From Octopus sinensis (taxonomy: Eukaryota), in the NCBI RefSeq assembly GCF_006345805.1, contig NC_043017.1:8680001-8744000 (forward strand): DNA of 64,000 nucleotides. The letters run 5' to 3'. The notes below the pieces were generated by a model. The model ran no database searches. It was not told the origin of the DNA and was given only the letters and a program-made list of their open reading frames with translations. The position numbers were made by a program, and so were the translations under genes. Shown here piece by piece: positions 25,872 to 39,338 of the stretch. Within the stretch, counting starts at the first letter, position 1; each line of letters begins with the position of its first letter.

Positions 25872-27329
25872 TTCTTTATCTTGCAGTTTATGTCATCATC
25901 AAACTGCTGCTGTTGTTACAGTTGTTATTGTTGATTTCTTTTTTAGCCCCAGGTCAGCCAAGATCCAGCTGACCGATGCCACACAGCTAGCTAATGAGTC
26001 AGCTGATCAAGAGACAGAATGCTTCTACGAAAGTAGCAGCAATCATCATTCAATTGAGCTTTCCATATACTATTGAAATAACGACATGGATAATGACAGT
26101 TAGACCCCCCCACCCCAATGAATTATTTTATTGGTTCATTCTTGTCAAACTGCTAAGTTATGGAAACACTAACAAACCAACGCAGGTTGTCAAAAAAGTA
26201 TACACCCACATATGTACATATGTGAACTCACACATACACTCACACACACTGAGTGAAAATGAAAGTGAGCTGATGCAGGAATGATTAACAGATGAGAACA
26301 GTTTGATATCAAACAACCCTCATCAGCTTAGGGCTCAGAATCAATGTAGTTTCAGTGCATATAAAATCTAACAACTTCATGGATTTTCATGTAGTTTCAA
26401 CATAATTATCTCACAAAGCATAGTTTAAGCCTGGATCAGCAGCTGAAGGCACCTGCTCAAGGTGTGTACTGCAGAACTTAATCCCAAAACATGTGGTTGC
26501 TCAGAAAACTTCTTAACAACACAGCTATTGCTTTCATACTTCCAGTAACTACTGCAGCATATCTTTTATTTTTTACCTTTTATCTTTTACTCGTTTCAGT
26601 CATTATGCTGCGGCCATGCTGGGGCACCACCCTGAAGAATTTTTAATTGAATGAATTGACCCCAGGAGTTATTTTTAAGTGTGGTGCCTGTTTTGTAGGT
26701 TGCTTTTGCTGAACTACTATATTACTGCTGAGATGTAAACAAACCAACCCCAGTTAATGGTAGTGGGAGTAACAAATATAACATAAACACAAAAACATAC
26801 ACATACACATTACACATACAATTATGCACATGTATAATACATTTATACATTTAACAGGATTCTACTTAGTTTCCACCTACCAGATTCATTTACAAGGCAT
26901 TGTTCAACCTGGAGCTATAGTAGAAGACACTTGCCCAAGGTTCCTTGGTGTGGAACTGAACTCAAGACCATATGGTTGCAAAGCAAACTACTTAACCACA
27001 CAGCCATCTTGTTTCTTTTTGTTTTGGGTTTTTTTTTCCCAACATCTTTAACAAATTTTATTTTTTTCTCATTTTAACCAAATGACAGAGCATATTTATT
27101 TGCAAGGTCTTGTGGGTGGGGGGCTTGATGGTACAACAGTGTGTGGTTGGGAGTTTGGGGTTGGATGGTGGAGCAGGGTATAGAGTTCCAAGCAGGGTGG
27201 TGGATCACTGGGTGTGATGTTTTCATTTCCTCTTCTCATTTGCAGAAACTCATATAATTGATATCATCCCTGCTACATCACACGTTTTTTTTTGAGGTGG
27301 TTTGGGGTTTCTTTCTACTATTTCTCACA

Positions 27330-27925
27330 CCACTGCTACCATCACCACCACCACCACTACCAATACTTCTACAACCACAGCTACGACTACCACAACTACC
27401 ATCACCACCACAATCACCAGCATCATTACTACCACAACCACCACTACCACGACCATCACCACCACAACCACTAGCAACACCATCACCACTGCTACCACGG
27501 CTACTAACAGCACCATCGCCATCACAATTGCAACCATTCCACCACTACTACCATCACTGCAGCTATCACCTACTCCAGCACCACCACAACAACAACAACA
27601 ACCACAACATCCACCACCAGCCCACCCAACATGAATATCACAACCATCAACACCACCACAGCCACTGACACTGCTGCTACCTCTACAATCTCCACCAGCG
27701 CCTTCTACAACTACCACCTATACCACCATCACCCCCACCACAACTATCACAACTACTACCAACACCACTACCAACTCCACAACCACCACTACCACCACAA
27801 CTAACACACATCACCAGGCCCTACCAACACCACCATCACCACCACTACTCCACCATTTGTAACTACCACCACCACCACCACAAACAACATTACCCCCCAC
27901 CACTCCCAGAGCCACCACCACCACC
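27330..27925. repeat. (CAC/CTA/CAA)n low-complexity tract
   Basis: Trinucleotide-derived; source of Thr-, His- and Pro-rich ORFs. Confidence 0.9.
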
Positions 27926-28126
27926 ACCACCTCCACCTCAATGTTCACATCATCTGCCCTCCTGTCATGCCTTATAGTACCTTCATCTGTTGAAGACATT
28001 GCCATCTATGAACCATATTCTTTAATGACAACCAGAAGGAAAAGACAAGCAAACAAACAAAACAAAAACTTAAAAGAGGAAAATTGCTTTAGAAATAATG
28101 AAAATACCTACACACATGTCATTAGG

Positions 28127-28200
<74 letters not shown>

Positions 28201-28911
28201 ATCATCATCTTCATTTAATGTCTGCTTTCTATGCTGGCATGGGTTGGACAGTTTGACTAAGGACTGGCAAGCCGGGAGGCTGCACCAGGCTCAAATCTGA
28301 TCCGGCAATGCTTCTACAGTCGGATGCCCTTCCTAACGCCAACCACTCCAAGAGTGTAGTGGGTTCTTTGTACATTACCAGTAGAGGAGCCAGTCAGGCA
28401 GAACTGGCATCGACCATACTCGAATGGTGCTTTTTATGTGCCACCGGCACAAGAGCCAGTCAGGCTCTATCTTTCTATCTATCTATTTATCTATCTATCT
28501 ATCTGTCTGTCTGTCTATTTATCTGTCTATATATATATATATATATATATACATACATATATACATATATAAATTAATAGATAGATATATACATACACAT
28601 ACTTATATACATAATACATACATATCTATCAGTCCGTCTCTCTATCTGTATATATGTGTGTACGTGTGCATGTATATATACATACATACATACACACACA
28701 CATATATATATATATATATAATATACACATACATATAAATATATATATATATACATGCACATTTATACATATATATATATATATATATACATACACATAA
28801 ATATGTGTATCTATCTATATACACATATGTGTGTGTGTCTGTGTGTATTTATCTATCTCTCCAACTATCCAATTAGATAACTACTCCTGTAGCTGATTCT
28901 CATTTACTTTC

Positions 28912-28980
<69 letters not shown>

Positions 28981-29292
28981 TATATTATTCTATCTCTTAA
29001 CCTATCACTTTCATCCCTTCCTCCTCTCAACCCATCCCTGCTACACCCCTACACACACACACACATTCCTTACTTGCCCCCAACCTAACTCCTTTATAAT
29101 TACCTCACTAACAATGACTGATAGCCACAGCTGTCATTTAGTACCACCTGACCAACATCTGACAGTTCTTAGCTCCCTCCTAAAACACCTCCTTACTGTG
29201 ATTACATATAACTTATTTTGCTGGGTTACAGGCCTGTGTGCTTGTATTCATATGTATGTATTTATACACATACAACCATCTACATGAAAGCA

Positions 29293-29328
<36 letters not shown>

Positions 29329-29379
29329 CACACACCTATATAAAACATACATACAGACACAGATGTATATATATATATG

Positions 29380-29411
<32 letters not shown>

Positions 29412-29414
29412 TAT

Positions 29415-29452
<38 letters not shown>

Positions 29453-29639
29453 TATATATACATACATACATATACATGTACATACATATACATGTACATA
29501 CATATCTATGTATAAACATATATACATATATATACACAAACATATAAGTGCATATACATATTTAGATACGCGTGAGTATGTTTATGCCTGTATTTATTTG
29601 TGTGTGTGTGTATTTATATATATATACATATATACACAT

Positions 29640-29681
<42 letters not shown>

Positions 29682-29741
29682 TAGATAGATAGATAGATAG
29701 ATAAGTAGATGGATGGATAGATAGATCGAAATCAATTCGAT

Positions 29742-30020
29742 GACAGCACTACATGATTGGCATCCGTGCTAGTGGAGTGCTAAGAGCACCATCTGAGCGT
29801 GGCAGTTGCCAGTACCGCCTGACTGGCCCTCTTGCTGGTGACACGTAAAAGCACCCACTACACTCTTAGAGTGGTTGGCATTAGAAAGGGCATCCAGCTG
29901 TAGAAACTCTGCTGAAGCAAATTGGAGCCTGGTGCTGCCATCTGGTTCACCAGCCCTCAGTCAAATCGTCCAACCCATGCTAGCATGGAAAGCGGATGTT
30001 AAACGATGATAATGATGATG
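29742..30020 (+). mobile_element. RTE-type retroposon 3' end with (GAT)n tail
   Basis: Full 3' block ending GGATGTTAAACGATGATAATGATGATG. Confidence 0.75.
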
Positions 30021-30044
30021 ATATATATATATATATATATATAT

Positions 30045-30382
30045 AAGGGTAAAGACCCCCTTCGGTCATGAATGACCATGGGATTGCACCTAGAAAGTTA
30101 CCCTCCTAGACACAAATCCGGGCAAGGTTGTTTATGGAAGACCAGCAGTCGCCCATGCATACCAGCCTCCCCTCTCCACACCACCAGTGTTATCCAAGGG
30201 AAAGACAAAGGTTGATACAGCTTGGCACCAGTGACGTCGCAACTCATTTCTACAGCTGAGTGAACTGGAGCAACGTGAAATAAAGTGTTTTGCTCAAGAA
30301 CATAACACGCAGCCCGGTCCGGGATTCGAGCTCACAACCTCACGATCGTAAGCTCGATGCTCTAACCACTGAGCCATGCGCC
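30045..30382 (-). mobile_element. tRNA-derived SINE with well-preserved tRNA-like head
   Basis: Minus strand GGCGCATGGCTCAGTGGTTAGAGCATCG...GGTTGTGAGCTCGAATCCCGG continues into a non-tRNA body with no acceptor-stem closure. Confidence 0.85.
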
Positions 30383-30679
30383 GGAGGTCACAAAAGTGAC
30401 ATAGGGTACTGACTAGCACCAGCTATTGCTAGAAACAAGAGTTAAAACAACTCAAAGTGCTGGTAAGTACCCTCTGTCACTTTTGTGACCTCTATTAAAT
30501 TTGCTTTTGGTTCAAATTGGTAAGAAGCCACCATATATATATATATATATACACATGTATAGATATATATATACATGCAAATATATGCACACACATTGGA
30601 AGTATTAACATGTGACAATAGAAAAACCACTTAGAACATAACAGTTTAAGATTGTTCAAGTGAATAATTCTGGGAAGAT

Positions 30680-31210
30680 GATGATGGTGATGATAGTGGT
30701 GGTGTTGGTGGTGGTGGCATTGGTTGGTGATGGTGGTGTTATAGCGGTGGTGGTGGTAGTGGAGGTATTGGTGGTGGTGGTGGTATTGGTGATGGTAGTG
30801 GAGGTATTGGTGGTGTGGGTATTGGTGGTGAAGGTGGTATTATAGCAGTGGTGGTGGTATTGGTAGTGGTAGTGATAGTGGTGGTAGTTGAGGTATTGGT
30901 GGTGGAGATAGTGGTGGCGGTATTGGTGGTGGTAGTGATGGTAGTGGAGGTATTGGTGATGAAGATGGTGGTGGTGGTGGTATTGGTGGTGGTAGTGATG
31001 GTAGTGGAGATATTGGTGGTGGAGATGGTGGTGGTGGTGGTATTAGTGGTGATGGTGGTGTTATAGCAGTGGTGGTGGTATTGGTAGTGGTGGTGGTAGT
31101 GGTAGTGGTAGTTGAGGTATTGGTAGTGTAGATGGTGGTGGTGGTGGTGGTGGTGGTATTGGTGCTGCTACAGGTGATGGCAATGATGTTAGTGGTGGTG
31201 CTGGTGTTAA
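30680..31210. repeat. (GGT/AGT/GAT)n low-complexity tract
   Basis: Trinucleotide-derived; source of poly-Val and poly-Pro/Thr ORFs. Confidence 0.9.
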
Positions 31211-31716
31211 TGATGGTGAGCAAAGAGAGGAAGAGAACTAAAGGTGGAGGATGAAGATGATTGTGATGATGATGATGGTGATATGCAGGATGGGGAGGAG
31301 GAGGAGGACAGCAGTAGGCATGGTCTCTCTCGTGGGAGGGGGAGAAATCACTGCAAAAAGCGATGTAGAATACAAAAGAAATCTCAGCAACAAAGAAAAT
31401 TCTAGAAGCATTCTCTACCCCACCCTCCACACACACACCTATACACACTAATAAAAGCAAAAAAAGAAGAAAAAGACACCATACAATTAAAATTGAAAGA
31501 CAAAAGATTATTAAATGTGTGAGACTCTAATTTTGTCTGACTTGACCTTAGCCTTGGAGGTGAAATGCATCAGGAGTTGGTAAACATTAGTTTTTGATAG
31601 ATTAAAAAAGGGAGATAAATTTGAAATGTTTCTGTTTTATTACATCACATCAGCCACACAACGTGCAATATTGCTTGCTGAAAGTATTGCGATTAAAATT
31701 AATACATACATATATG

Positions 31717-31879
31717 TAAGCATAAGAATGGTTGTGTGGTAAGTAGCTTGCTTACCAACCACATGGTTCCGGTTCAGTCCCACTGCATGGCACCTTGGGC
31801 AAGTGTCTTCTACTATAGTCTCGGACCGATCAAAGCCTTGTAAGTGGATTTGGTAGATGGAAACTGAAAGAAGCCCATC

Positions 31880-31922
<43 letters not shown>

Positions 31923-32157
31923 CGTGTGTGTGTGAGTGCGTGTGTATGCTTGTGTGTCTGTGTTCGCCCCCCCCTCCCCCCACCATAGCTTGACAAACGA
32001 TGTTAGAGTGTTTACGTCCTTGTAACATAGCAGTTCAGCAAAAGAGACCAATAGGATGAGTACTAGGCTTACAAAGAAAAAGTCCTGGGGTCAATTTGTT
32101 GGACTAAAAGCACTGCTCCAGCATGGCTGCAGTCACATGTCAAACAAATACAAGAAT
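31717..32157 (+). mobile_element. Full-length SINE (GGCTGTGTGGTAAG..CTTGCTT family) with internal microsatellite
   Basis: Head, (TA)/(TG) linker, CCCCCACCATAGCTTGACAAACGATG block and CAGCATGGCTGCAGTC tail are all present in order. Confidence 0.8.
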
Positions 32158-32578
32158 ATACATATATATATATATATATATAGACTAGATACTGCGGTAT
32201 TTAGCCTGAAGTAACATCTATAATAGATTTGGTGTATTAAAAATACAAGAAATGTCAGAGAAACAAAAGTTTGTCTCGGCAGCAGCAGCTAGCTACAGCA
32301 TCAGATACCTCCCAGCCTTTTGCATGTATGTATATATGTATATATACATACATGAAATATTTTCTTTTGTAATTTTACGTTTTTTAACTGTTTTGATTTG
32401 CTTCAGTTCTATCCATGGAGGTGTACTTAATACCAGACTGAATTTGAAACATCAAAGCAGAGGTGAAGAGTTAATTTTGTCTTCGGACTAAAGTTTGGTG
32501 AATCGTCTACAGCCTTCGAGGATGCAAAACAATTGGTCACTCTATGACTAGACATTATCATTATTACTTTAATATATA

Positions 32579-33345
32579 GGCGCAGGAGCGGCTGTGTGAT
32601 ATGTAGCTTGCTTACCAACCATATGGTTCCGGGTTCAGTCCCACTGCATGGCACCTTAGGCAAGTGTCTTCTACTATAGCCTCGGGCTGACCAAAGCCTT
32701 GTGAGTGGATTTGGTAAACAGAAACTGAAAGAAGTCTGTCATATATCTATATATATAAAACTGTAGTTGTGTGAGTGTCTGTCTCCTACGATTTAGATTC
32801 CTAACTCCTCCCACATTTTGCGGTGCAGTTTAACCAAATTCGGGTATCTTATAGTCCTGATTAATATCGAGCCCGTCTGGCTATTAGCGCGCGTCTACGA
32901 TGAGTCTACGATTTTAAAAATAATTTAACATCATTTTTTATTCCATTTTAATGCATAATTTTTCGTGTGTCGATGGCGGCGGAGTTGGCGTCCACGCTCA
33001 AACACCTGCACCTGTTTGCTTCTCCCCCTTCTTCCCTCCCTCGTGAAGCTGTGGGGAAGGGAGTGTAAAGAAATCAACGTCGTAATGCGTTGTCAAAGAG
33101 ACCAGCGTTCTTTTAGAACAACGACTTCATGGCTTGAAGACACCAAAACAGAAATGGCTAAGGAAGCCCGAATTGGCATCTATAAGGGAAGTAACTCTCT
33201 AAAAATGCTTATATAGTTATTTCCCTTACAAACCCGAGCAACGCCGGGCGATACTGCTAGTATGTATATATATGTGTTTGTGTGTTTATGTTTTTCCCCC
33301 CAACATCGCTTGACAGCCGATGCTGGTGTACTTACATCCCCATAA
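32579..33345 (+). mobile_element. SINE interrupted by a Helitron
   Basis: Head at 32579-32745; the element resumes at 33261 with (TA/TG) and CCCCCAACATCGCTTGACAGCCGATGCTGG. Confidence 0.75.
32746..33260 (+). mobile_element. Non-autonomous Helitron (515 bp)
   Basis: Inserted at A|T; 5' TC (TCTATATATATAAAAC); 3' GC-rich palindrome CCCGAGCAACGCCGGG followed by CTAG; no TSD. These are the canonical Helitron end features. Confidence 0.8.
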
Positions 33346-33550
33346 CTACTAGCCTTAAAAGAGTATATATATATATTTATTGGTAAAAACGGTAAGATAA
33401 CAAAAGAAAGAAAGAGACCTCAATATTATGTAAATAGAGGAAATTTATGTTTTTCCCCCAACATCGCTTGACAACCGAAGAGATTGTGTTGTGGATCTAT
33501 ATCTTGGCTATTGAATAATGGTAACATATTAATTTACAGATTATCAGGCA

Positions 33551-33953
33551 ATCTTTCGTCTCTAGTAGACCTTTCCGTCGATTTCCGTAAAAAATTTTTT
33601 TTTTTACATATGGGCTTGCGGGAACTTTTGAAGTAATGAGAGCGAAAGAGACTAAGAGAAAGCGATTGTATGACGAGGGAAGTTCTTTTGAAGTTACCGT
33701 GCATGGGAAGCATTGATGTACATGTGTGTGTGTGTGTGTGTGTTGATGGGGTGTGGGAGACAGACAGTATGTTGTGTAAGTGAAGTGCTTCTGTTAGAGA
33801 CAGAGTAATGTGTGAAAGAGAGAGATAACTGAAATTTTTTACTCGGTGTATGTGTATATGTATGTATATTACTTCAAAAGTTCCCGCAAGCCCATATGTA
33901 AAAAAAAAATTTTTTACGGAAATCGACGGAAAGGTCTACTAGAGACGAAAGAT
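33551..33953. repeat. Near-perfect 86/87-bp inverted repeat around a 230-bp spacer
   Basis: 33551-33637 vs 33868-33953 differ only by one base in a poly-A/T run. Confidence 0.92.
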
Positions 33954-34624
33954 CGCCACACATTGAACTTTGTTCACCAAATCACCATTCTTCTGAAAGC
34001 GCTATGGGCCAGCCTTTGTAATGAAAATGTCATTATATTGCAAGTCTGTGTCTGTTGCATCAAATCAGGAAGTGTTCAGCACACTTCGCTGTTTGAAAAC
34101 CTGACTCCGTACTATAATGACGCAACGTCGTCTGACACTCTACATGTAACATTAAAGCGCGTGCAATGAAAACACTTTGGACATACTCTTGTGAAACTTC
34201 ATCGCCAAAACGAACAAGTATAGAAAAATGTTTGGAGTGATTTGAAACATTATTTTTTTCCATGCATAATAATAAAAACTATAATTGTATCTGTGTTTGT
34301 TTTGATACTAAGACTGAAAAAAAAAATCAGCCTTATTTGAAAAAACATTTGGGACCTGAGTTTGCATCCCCAAAGCAAATTTCGTTCCCGCGCCGCGAAA
34401 TTTTTTTCACAAGAGTTCAATTTTTTGATTATCATGTGAATGAATTCCTGTGTGTAGAACACAAATTCGCAAAAAATTTCAGAAAACTCCCCAAAATATA
34501 GCTATGAGGGGTTTAAACCAGAATTCCGCCGTTAAAAATTTTTCATTAAAAAATATTCATTTTCCTGCAAGTTATAAGGAGACAAAATCGATGGGGTACA
34601 ATTGCGTAGGCTTGCCTGGTTTGA

Positions 34625-34860
34625 GTTCAATTTCCACACATTTATTATTTATAGTTTTTTTTCCTCCAAAATTTTCGTTGCTTTTGCAACTTTGTCAGTG
34701 GATGTTGAATCTGCCAGTTATTGGATGCAACCTCGTCAATGGATGTTAACTGTCCGCTACTGGAGCTCCAATAACTGATAAAATTAACATCCATTGACAA
34801 AGTTGCAAAACCAACGAAAATTTTGGAAGAAAAAATATAAATAATGAGTGGAAACTGAAC
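34625..34860. mobile_element. MITE-like hairpin with ~100-bp imperfect arms
   Basis: 34625-34725 vs 34767-34860, e.g. CCAAAATTTTCGTTG(C/G)TTTTGCAACTTTGTCA(G/A)TGGATGTT. Confidence 0.7.
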
Positions 34861-35049
34861 CAGTGAGTGTGCTACATTGTAAAGAATTAATTAAGGCAGT
34901 ACGACTCTCCTCAGACACAACACAAATCCACATAAATAATCTTGCAAAGAAAATACAAAAAAAAACCGAAAATTACAAGCATTTTGTTTTTTTAAAGATC
35001 GTCCTTTCACCCTCGACCCAATCTCTCACCAAACGTTGTTAAATGCATA

Positions 35050-38000
35050 TTTTTTAATGAAATTCTCCAGAAATTCGTTTTCAAGGATGTAGATTATGAT
35101 TATCATAATAAAATTTGAAAAAAGCTTTTAAAAATGCCTAGAAGAAGTTTCGGATAATTCCGCCCTCCCTCACGGAAATAAAGGGACAACCATAACTTTT
35201 CTTATGTTTGAGCTGAAATCTTCTGTTGTTTTCCTTCTTATTTTGCTGAGGAAAATTCACTGAAAATATCCCTGTGGAAAGGTGAGTGAAATGCTAACAC
35301 CTTAACTTACTTAGTGATTAACATATTTCATTCAATTATTATGCTGGTAAATACTTCATGAGAGAAATATAATGAAAAACTGGGAGGTGGTTGGTAATGG
35401 CCTGAAATCCCGCCAAAGTTGTTTTTTCCAAATTTCATCCCAACAATCATATTCTGTGCCCTCAAACCAGGCAAACCTACGCAATTGTGCCCCATCGATT
35501 TTGTTTTCTCTTAACTTGCAGAAAAATGAATATTTTTTCATGAAAAATTTTTATCGGCGGAATTCTGGTTTAAACCCTTCATAGCTATATTTTGGGGGAG
35601 TTTTCTGGAAAGTTTTGCGAATTTGTGTTCTACACACAGGAATTCATTCACATGATAATCAAAAAAAGTTTCTGTATTTGATTTCAGGGCGATTTAGCTG
35701 TTATTTTTAGCACATCTCACGACCATTTAATATCTTCGTCATTTCTTTACCATTCTGACATGCATTGATGGTTTTCAATATTTTTCTCCCTATAAACACA
35801 GGTTAAGGTATTTGAGTCCACGCAAAAAATCCCAGTTTTCTCCTTTTTTTTTTTTTCTTGGTGAAAATCGTGCGGGTGAAAGGATCAAATTTTACCTTTT
35901 GTTTTCTCATAACTTTCAAAAAAAAAAGTGGCTATTGTTTAATGAAATTTTTTACAAATATGCTCCAGATGATGTAGATTCAAATTATACAGAATTTATT
36001 ATGAACAAATTTTTTTCCAAGGAGACTGGTGTTTCGGAAAATTCACAGGAGACAGCTTTGTTTTCTCATAACTTTCAGAAAAATGGATAATTTTTAATGA
36101 AATTTTCCAGAAATTCGTTTTCGAGGAGGTAGATTATGATTATCATAATAAAATTTGAAAAAAGCTTTTAAAAATGCCTAGAAGAAGTTTCGGATAATTC
36201 CGCCCTCTCTCACGGAAATAAAGGGACAACCATAACTTTTCTTATGTTTAAGATGACATCTTCTGTTGTTTTCCTTCTTATTTTGCTGAGGAAAATTCAC
36301 TGAAAATATCCCTGTGAAAAGGTGAGTGAAATGCTAACACCTTAACTTACTTAGTGATTAACATATTTCATTCAATTATTATGCTGGTAAATACTTCATG
36401 AGAGAAATATAATGAAAAACTGGGAGGTGGTTGGTAATGGCCTGAAATCCCGCCAAAGTTGTTTTTTCCAAATTTCATCCCAACGATCATATTCTGTGCC
36501 CTGAAACCAGGCAAACCTACGCAATTGTGCCCCATCGATTTTGTTTTCTCTTAACTTGCAGGAAAATGAATATTTTTTAATGAAAAATTTTAACGGCGGA
36601 ATTCTGGTTTAAACCCCTAATAGCTATATTTCGGGGAGTTTTCTGAAAAGTTTTGCGAATTTGTGTTCTACATACAGGAATTCATTCACATGATAATCAA
36701 AAAAAGTTTCTGTATTTGATTTCAGGGCGATTTAGCTGTTATTTTTAGCACATCTCACGACCATTTAATATCTTCGTCATTTCTTTACCATTCTGACATG
36801 TATTGATGGTTTTCAATATTTTTCTCCCTATAAACACAGGTTAAGGTATTTGATTCCACACAAAAATCCCAGTTTTCTCCTTTTTTTTTTTCTTGGTGAA
36901 AATTGTGCGGGTGAAAGGATCAAAATTTTCCTTTTGTTTTCTCATAACTTTCAAAAAAAAAAAAAAGGATATTGTTTAATGAAATTTTTTACAAATATAC
37001 TCCAGATGATGTAGATAGAAATTATACCAGAATCTGTTAAGAAAAAATTTTTTTCCAAGGAGACTGGTGTTTCGGAAAATTCACAGGAGACAGCTTCGTT
37101 TTCTCATAACTTTCAGAAAAATGGATAATTTTTAATGAAATTTTCCAGAAATTCGTTTTCGAGGATGTAGATTATGATTATCATTAATAAAATTTGAAAA
37201 AGCTTTTTAAAATGCCGAGAAGAAGTTTCGGATAATTCCGCCCTCCCACACGGAAATAAAGGGACAACCATAACTTTTCTTATGCTTGCGCTGAAATCCT
37301 GTGTTATTTTCCTTCTTATTTTGCTGAGGAAAATTCACTGAAAATATCTCTTTGGAAAGGTGAGTGAAATGCTAACACCTTAACTTACTTAGTGATTAAC
37401 ATATTTCCTTCAATTATTTTGCTGGTAAATACTTCAGGAGAGAAATATAATGAAAAACCTGGAGGTGGTTGGTAATGGCCTGAAATCCCGCCAAAGTTGT
37501 TTTTTCCAAATTTCATCCCAACGATCATATTCTGTGCCCTGAAACCAGGCAAACCCACGCAATTGTGCCCCATCGTTTTGTTACCTTTATTAACTTGCAG
37601 GAAAATGAATATTTTTTAATGAAAAATTTTTAACGGCGGAATTCTGGTTTAAACCCCTTCATAGCTATATTTTGGGGAAGTTTTCTGAAAAGTTTTGCGA
37701 ATTTGTGTTCTACACACAGGAATTCATTCACATGATAATCAAAAAAAGTTTCTGTATTTGATTTCAGGGCGATTTAGTTGTTATTTTTAGCACATCTCAC
37801 GACCATTTAATATCTTCGTCATTTCTTTACCATTCTGACATGTATTGATGGTTTTCAATATTTTTCTCCCTATAAACACAGGTTAAGGTAGGTATTTGAT
37901 TCCACGCAAAATATCCCAGTTTTCTCCTTTTTTTTTTTCTTGGTGAAAATCGTGCGGGTGAAAGGATCAAATTTTACCTTTTGTTTTCTCATAACTTTCA

Positions 38001-38697
38001 AAAAAAAAAAAAAGGATATTGTTTAATGAAATTTTCTACAAATATGCTCCAGATGATGTAGATTCAAATTATACCAGAATTTGTTAAGAACAAATTTTTT
38101 TCCAAGGGTGGAGACTTGAGTTTCGGAAAATTCACAGGAGACAGCTTCGTTTTCTCATAACTTTCAGAAAAATGGATAATTTTTAATGAAATTTTCCAGA
38201 AATTCGTTTTCGAGGATGTAGATTATGATTATCATTAATAAAATTTGAAAAAGCTTTTAAAAATGCCTAGAAGAAGTTTCGGATAATTCCGCCCTCACTC
38301 ACGGAAATAAAGGGACAACCATAACTTTTTTTATGTTTGCGCTGAAATCCTGTGTTATTTTCCTTCTTATTTTGCTGAGGAAAATTCACTGAAAATATCT
38401 CTTTGGAAAGGTGAGTGAAATGCTAACACCTTAACTTACTTAGTGATTAACATATTTCATTCAATTATTATGCTGGTAAATACTTCATGAGAGAAATATA
38501 ATGAAAAACTGGGAGGTGGTTGGTAATGCCCTGAAATCCCTCCAAAGTTGTTTTTTTTTTTCAAATTTCATCACATACAGAATTTATTATGAACAAATTT
38601 TTTTCCAAGGAGACTGGTGTTTCGGAAAATTCTCAGGAGTCAGCTTCGTTTTCTCATAACTTTCAGAAAAATGGATAATTTTTAATGAAATTTTCAA
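35050..38697. repeat. Tandem array of a ~1.04-kb A-tract-rich unit (~3.5 copies)
   Basis: Anchor AAAGGGACAACCATAAC at 35180, 36220, 37258 and 38309 (periods 1040, 1038, 1051). The last copy is internally deleted. An inverted partial unit lies at 34421-34625 and another fragment near 38801-38882. Confidence 0.95.
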
Positions 38698-38979
38698 CAA
38701 ATACATTGTAGGGATCTTTTCCAATCCCATTGGGATTAGATTATATCAGGATTAAATGTAAAAGAGAGAGAGAGAGAGAGAGAAAAAAATACGGCCGCAG
38801 GGTACTTGATTCCACGCAAAATATCCGAATGTTTTTTTTGGTTTTTTTTCTTAGTGAAAATCGTGCGGTTGAAAGGATCAAAAACAAAATGGTTGAGATG
38901 GCATAGTCGTGTAGGTTATGCCTAATTGTAATCTATGCCCTCGGAAACGTATCTCTGAAAAAAATTCATCAAAAATGTA

Positions 38980-39338
38980 TGTTACTGCATGGTGCCAAAG
39001 ATTCCAACATCACCATCAAAATACAGGTCCAGATACTGTAACAGCGTGGGTTTCAGAGGACCACAGCTCTTTAACATCCTCCCTAAAATGCCTGAGAGAC
39101 TTACATGGTGTGGATGTGGGTTTCTTTAAAACTAAACTGGATCTCTTCTTGTCGGGAGTCCCAGATGAACCTACCTCACGACAGGAGACGCAGATGCGGC
39201 CAGCAACATCGAACTCCCTTGTTGATCAAGTGCCACGTATCAGAGGTGGATTCACATATTAGTGTAGCTCATTCAGCGGTGGTGCCCCAGCATGGCCGCG
39301 GCCTTCGGGCTAAAACATTTTTAAGGATTTAAGGATTT
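38980..39338 (+). mobile_element. 3' end of a CR1/L2-group non-LTR retrotransposon
   Basis: Frameshifted ORF2 C-terminus NSVGFRGPQLFNILPK / CLRDLHGVDVGFFKTKLDLFLSGVPDEP...ATSNSLVDQ, stop at 39260-39262, short 3' UTR and a (TTTAAGGA)n-like tail. Clade assignment is from recalled motifs. Confidence 0.75.

Noticed and set aside
27258-28005. Mucin-like Thr/Pro-rich ORFs, and their reverse complementarity to the 30.7-31.2 kb GGT tract
   Set aside because: Simple trinucleotide repeats; complementarity between CAC and GTG tracts is trivial.
30310-30382. tRNA gene
   Set aside because: The tRNA-like head continues into a SINE body and the acceptor stem does not close.
33846-34749. ORFs of 67-107 aa near the tandem array
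   Set aside because: No transposase, helicase or other motif recognised; they overlap inverted repeats and array fragments.
35050-38697. CRISPR-like or rDNA/snRNA array
   Set aside because: Eukaryotic context, ~1-kb units with no unique spacers, and no rRNA or snRNA motifs recognised.
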